This document shows, in pieces, positions 59,819-64,000 of a stretch of DNA of 64,000 nucleotides. Numbering within the stretch: the stretch's first letter is position 1; each line of letters opens with the position of its first letter. The notes beneath the pieces were generated by a model that worked only from the letters and a program-made list of their open reading frames with translations, did no database searches and was not told the DNA's origin. This DNA comes from Rhynchopus sp. YZ270_cl-10 (Eukaryota): NCBI GenBank assembly GCA_964035575.1, contig OZ037837.1:744001-808000 (forward strand). Reading direction: 5' to 3'. A program made the translations under genes and the position numbers.

Positions 59819-61893
59819 TCACTGGCGTAAGTGTTGTGGTAGCTTGTTGAGTACAGCATTGCTGCACTTGTCCTTTCCGTGCAACGTGCTCAACGTTGTG
59901 CACCCGCTGAGGAAGTGCTGCCCGACGTCGGTGACAGCTTGGAATCCACTCAAATCAAGTGTCGACAAGGATTTGCACCCGCTGAGCAAGCACTGCCCAA
60001 TCGAGGTGACCGCTCGGAATCCACTCAAGTCAACTGTGGACAAAGATGTGCACCCACTGAGCAAGCACTGCCCAATGACAGTGACAGCTTGTAATCCACT
60101 CAAGTCAACTGTGGACAAGGATGTGCACCCGCAGAGGAACTGGTCCCCGATCGCGGTGACACCTTGCAATCCACTCAAGTCGACTTTGGTCAAAGAAGTA
60201 CAGGCACGAAGGAAGTCATTCCCAATCACAGTCACAGCAGATGCATGACTGAGATCAATGCACGTCACTGCAGTTCCTTTCAAGAACTTGTCTGGAATCG
60301 CAGTCACAACTTGTGCCTGCAGGAGCAAGCAAGCCACCTTCGGATCAGTCACCTGCTTCAACCTTGCTTCTATAAACGTTTTTAAAAATAGGATGGAACA
60401 CCCCGTTCCGAAGAGGAATGCAGCCACCCCGAAAAAGTGGGGGGTGTGTCGCCAGTCTGCGGTGAGAAACTCCTCCCTGAGTCAAAACTGCCGCTGGTTA
60501 GCGCTGGCTAAGGTTCCCTTTTCACCCGGTCACAATCGAGTCTCGCTCCGTCGGCGTTGACTGCACTGCAAAGCCCCTTGGTCCACCGTCGTAAAAAGAC
60601 ACCACAAAAAGCGTAGGTAGGTGGGGGACCGGCAGGTTACAGACAGAGGCAGTACGGAGCTAAGGTGTCGGCGGTCGCGGGTTGCCGTGGAGGCCTGCCC
60701 CCCGTGGAGGTCTTGGGATCTGGGGGTTTTGTGGAAGTAATCGGCTCAGAGTACCCTGCATTCCATGCACGACTCGAGCTCCTTGTGGTAGGATATTGGG
60801 GTCCCGGGAAGCACCCTTCGCCCCGAGGTCCCACCACCCCAGACAGTTTGTAGGTCTAAAAGCACAACGTACTTGTCCAGGACCTGGCCGCTCTTGGGTT
60901 CTCTCGAAAAAAAGATACTAATCCCGTACGCCCGTGCACCGCAAAAATGTGCTATGGGGGGCGGTCCGCCGTCGGGTGCTTCAACCTTGCTTCTGTAAGT
61001 TTTGTCTCACCCAACGCACGAAGTACTGCAATGGCAGCCTGCTTCCTCTTCTCTGTCTTGGTAAGCGTTACAACCTTGTGGGTAAGAGCATCGTGCACGT
61101 CCGAAACAGGCAGATTCAGGGAAAACGTTGCGTGTGGGTCTGCAGCACCCACAAGGCGGTGGCGGTCTCCACTCGCTGCTGCCATGCTGTTGATGCTCCG
61201 CACAACGGCCTGCGACTCTGTGACCGCACGCAGCACCTGGTCGTCCCCAAGCTGGCACACCGCCTTGCACCCAGCAATCATGTGTCCTGCCTTCGCAACA
61301 AACGTCTTCAGCGCACACACCTCCCCTTCACGACTGAGTGCCTGTGTGAGGAAGCTCCGTGCCACCTCCTCCTCACACACGACTTCGCTGCGCGACACAT
61401 CCTCACGCATCACAAGAATCCTGATGTCTGTCTGCAGGAGAAGGTCTTTGTACCTGTCCTCAGTGGGTGGGAGTGCCTCAAGCACACGGCACTCCTCCTT
61501 TGCAGCAGTCTGCTGTGTTGTCAGGTCTGCCACATTCGAGCAGAGGGTGTTGCGCTGGCGTTTCATGTAGTCCGTGATGTCAACTGTCTTGTGACCCGCA
61601 TGTTTGTCGCAAGCACAGCACATGCAGATCAACGCGTCTCCACACGCAGGGTCTTCACAGACGACGCACAGCTCTTGGCCTGGGTGATGTGCACACTTCG
61701 ACGACGTCCCGTACGCAGTCACAGAAGCGCGATGTGTCCCACGGTCATGTGGCCTTGGGTGGCAAGCGTCATAGCACGCAGGTGTGTCGCAGAAGAACAG
61801 ATCCACGCACATCCCGCACTGCAGCTGTGCAGGCACGCCACAGTTCTCACAGCTCGGCATCTGTGGTGCGGTGGGCTGCGTGTCAGACCCCAT
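59819..61893 (-). pseudogene. B-box/LRR copy 3: in-frame loss of the Ubl domain and a retroposon insertion
   Basis: VHDALTH|KVVTLTKT lacks the Ubl segment. The frame breaks at TEARLK by a 605-bp insert, and the LRRs resume at 60371. Confidence 0.85.
60372..60976 (-). mobile_element. 605-bp retroposed insert with 18-bp TSD
   Basis: TGCTTCAACCTTGCTTCT at 60354-60371 and 60977-60994. Its 3' terminal ~50 nt match the end of the 21055-21535 insert. Confidence 0.9.
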
Positions 61894-62416
61894 GTTGTGT
61901 GTTTCGAAGAGGTGGGAGGGTGCAGGGGTGTCTGGAAGGGGTTGGGTGGGTGGCATGGGATGGAACCAGAGTGTGGGATCAAACACTGGAGAACACAAAA
62001 TGAGGGTGGGTGCGGTAATCGTTGTTCAGCTTCTGCACCAGTCATCACCCCCCCTATATTCCTATAGTATACCCCCCATGTTCTCCCCCATATTCGATGA
62101 AAGACCATATGGGCCGATATGTTGTGTCCCAGAGAACCTAACACCCGTGAGGCGTGTGGATCTTGCTAGCGCCGCCACCACAAACCCCAGGACTGAAGCA
62201 AAAGGGGCTCAAAAGCTATGACCTCATGAGCAGTGCACACCTGATGCCACATTGTGCGTGCAACAGCGTGCATCTATGGAAATAGAGCACAGCAATACGT
62301 CATTAATTCATTCATGAAACGGAGGATGACGTGGCACCACAGCGCTCACAGTACGCAATGAAACGGTACAATCGCAGCCTTGCCCACTCGAATTCCCTTC
62401 CCCACCCCAAAGCCTT

Positions 62417-64000
62417 CTACTCACAGTTGTCCCTGCCCACAGCAGTCGTGCATGCCAAGGCCACACTCAGAAGCCCGCCCTTGACTGTCGAGGGATGCAC
62501 GTTCAAAGGGCTCCGTTCACAAGGACAACCCTGTGCAGCGTCTTCAACCGCTGCTGCAGACACATCGCCTTTCAGGTACTTCCGCACTGCTGTGTTGTAG
62601 TTCTCCCACTTCTTGTTCCCGATCTGGTACATCCATTCTTCGGTTTCATGCTCACCTTCTTCGTTGCCAGGCAGAAGCTCGGCAACCACTTCAGGTATGT
62701 AAGAGGTTGCAGACACTTCCACCTTGCACGGAATCAGGCGCATCTCGTGTTCGCACTCAGCATCGCTGAAGCACATACGGTTGCAGAGCACGTCGCAGCC
62801 AAGGATACGTCCTGCACGTTCCATCCCATGCACGTCACGCACAAGTGTGCCCACCATGCTGAAGCGGCGCATCACTTCACACCCCATCTCACCACGCAGC
62901 ACCTTCCCAGTTGCAACACCGATGTTCACCTGTGACAGCTTCAGCCCCTTGAAGAGCATTGTTGCTGTGTGCAGTGCTGAGGTGGCGTGGTTTGCACACT
63001 GCCTTGACGTGTTGAATGAGCAGTGCACCCTGTCACCGACAAACACGTCCACCATCCCACGGTGTAACTCTGTTGCCTGCAACGTCTTCAGAAGAAGAGT
63101 TGTGAAGAAGGAGGAGAAGTGTGCACTGTCCTGCTCCACCAGACGCAACGTGTCTTTGATGTTCACCGTCAGCAGAGTCGCCTTCACAGACGTGAGCCCC
63201 AAAGCAACGTGTCGTACAATTGCAGCAGGTAAACTTCCATTTGTGGAACTCTCAGAAGATGCTGTTTGCTCTGCACAATCTTGTTCTGTACCTTCTGAAC
63301 TGACGTCTTCAGCGCACTCAACTTCGCTGTCTTCATCCACAAGCAGACACGTCAGTGGCAGGTACGCTTTGTACGACCGCAGGTTCTTCTCCAACGCACG
63401 CAGTGCCACCGTCATCCCCTCAGGCAGCTCATGTTCATGCTCCTCCAGCAGCTCCGCCACCTTCTCCACGTCGTACCTTGCCAGGAGTGAGGCGATCTCC
63501 TGCACTGCGTTGATCGTCCGCTCCATTGATGCTTGCTCCTTCAGTACGTCACGTGCGAAACCACGCGTCACGATGAAGTCAATCACAAACACAGACAATG
63601 ACGTTATGAGGGGAGATGAAGGGAACGGTGTTGGGCACGGCAGCGTTTCACAGACAAACTTCTCCTTTGAGTAATACAGCCGTCCGTACTCACCCTCCTG
63701 TTCAGGCACCCCGGGGATCTCGAACAGACCAAACCTGAAGCTCTCCTCAACACCAAGCAGCACTAACCACATGATAATGAAACCCACAAGCCCGAGACTG
63801 TACCGTGCGGGCACCTGCATCACAAGCAGCATGTCGATGACGAGCACGAGGAGAGGCCACTGATGCATGAAGATCGTTCTTGCATTCAAATCCCACAACA
63901 GTACCCCAAATGTCATCATGTACAGCGTGCCCACCACCACCTTTGTTGTCAACGGAACCCTGCACAGCACTGCACAGATCACAGTGCTGAGCGTAACCAT
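62417..64000 (-). CDS. Multipass receptor-type class III nucleotide cyclase-like protein, 5'-partial
   Basis: TM helices, then TLLTVNIKD...GMVDVFVGDRVHCSF...NIGVATG...GEMG...RRFSMVGTLV. The ORF runs off the window. Confidence 0.75.
   Translation of the reverse strand: MVTLSTVICAVLCRVPLTTKVVVGTLYMMTFGVLLWDLNARTIFMHQWPLLVLVIDMLLVMQVPARYSLGLVGFIIMWLVLLGVEESFRFGLFEIPGVPEQEGEYGRLYYSKEKFVCETLPCPTPFPSSPLITSLSVFVIDFIVTRGFARDVLKEQASMERTINAVQEIASLLARYDVEKVAELLEEHEHELPEGMTVALRALEKNLRSYKAYLPLTCLLVDEDSEVECAEDVSSEGTEQDCAEQTASSESSTNGSLPAAIVRHVALGLTSVKATLLTVNIKDTLRLVEQDSAHFSSFFTTLLLKTLQATELHRGMVDVFVGDRVHCSFNTSRQCANHATSALHTATMLFKGLKLSQVNIGVATGKVLRGEMGCEVMRRFSMVGTLVRDVHGMERAGRILGCDVLCNRMCFSDAECEHEMRLIPCKVEVSATSYIPEVVAELLPGNEEGEHETEEWMYQIGNKKWENYNTAVRKYLKGDVSAAAVEDAAQGCPCERSPLNVHPSTVKGGLLSVALACTTAVGRDNCE

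Noticed and set aside
60537..60550. CGGAGCGAGACTC shared between the retroposon and the YR element leader (44064)
   Set aside because: A 13-bp match is expected by chance among all position pairs in 64 kb.
1..64000. tRNA, rRNA or spliced-leader RNA genes
   Set aside because: None recognised by eye; a covariance-model scan is needed to exclude them.

Overview
Eukaryotic, repeat-rich genomic DNA, most consistent with a euglenozoan protist (probably a diplonemid). This is inferred from all host genes lying on the minus strand as one unidirectional cluster, one canonical GT-AG intron, and a VIPER/TATE-type retroelement. Host genes: a double LamG-like membrane protein; two tandem PAN/Apple-like + mucin + beta-rich surface proteins; a five-DOMON + EGF membrane protein split by a ~7.95 kb intron; an unknown multipass membrane protein; three B-box/coiled-coil/ubiquitin-like/LRR paralogues (one disrupted); an ankyrin protein; and a partial receptor-type cyclase-like gene. 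Intergenic and intronic DNA is a nest of mobile elements, many provable from empty sites in paralogous segments of the same window. These include a tyrosine-recombinase retrotransposon with PHD-gag and ~1 kb of dual-frame coding, a TIR element carrying 7-, 8- and 9-mer satellites, two unrelated retroposed inserts sharing a ~50-nt 3' end, piggyBac-, Harbinger- and Mutator-like MITEs, a hAT remnant, and a strand-specific hairpin repeated downstream of genes. All calls are by eye; no database searches were run.
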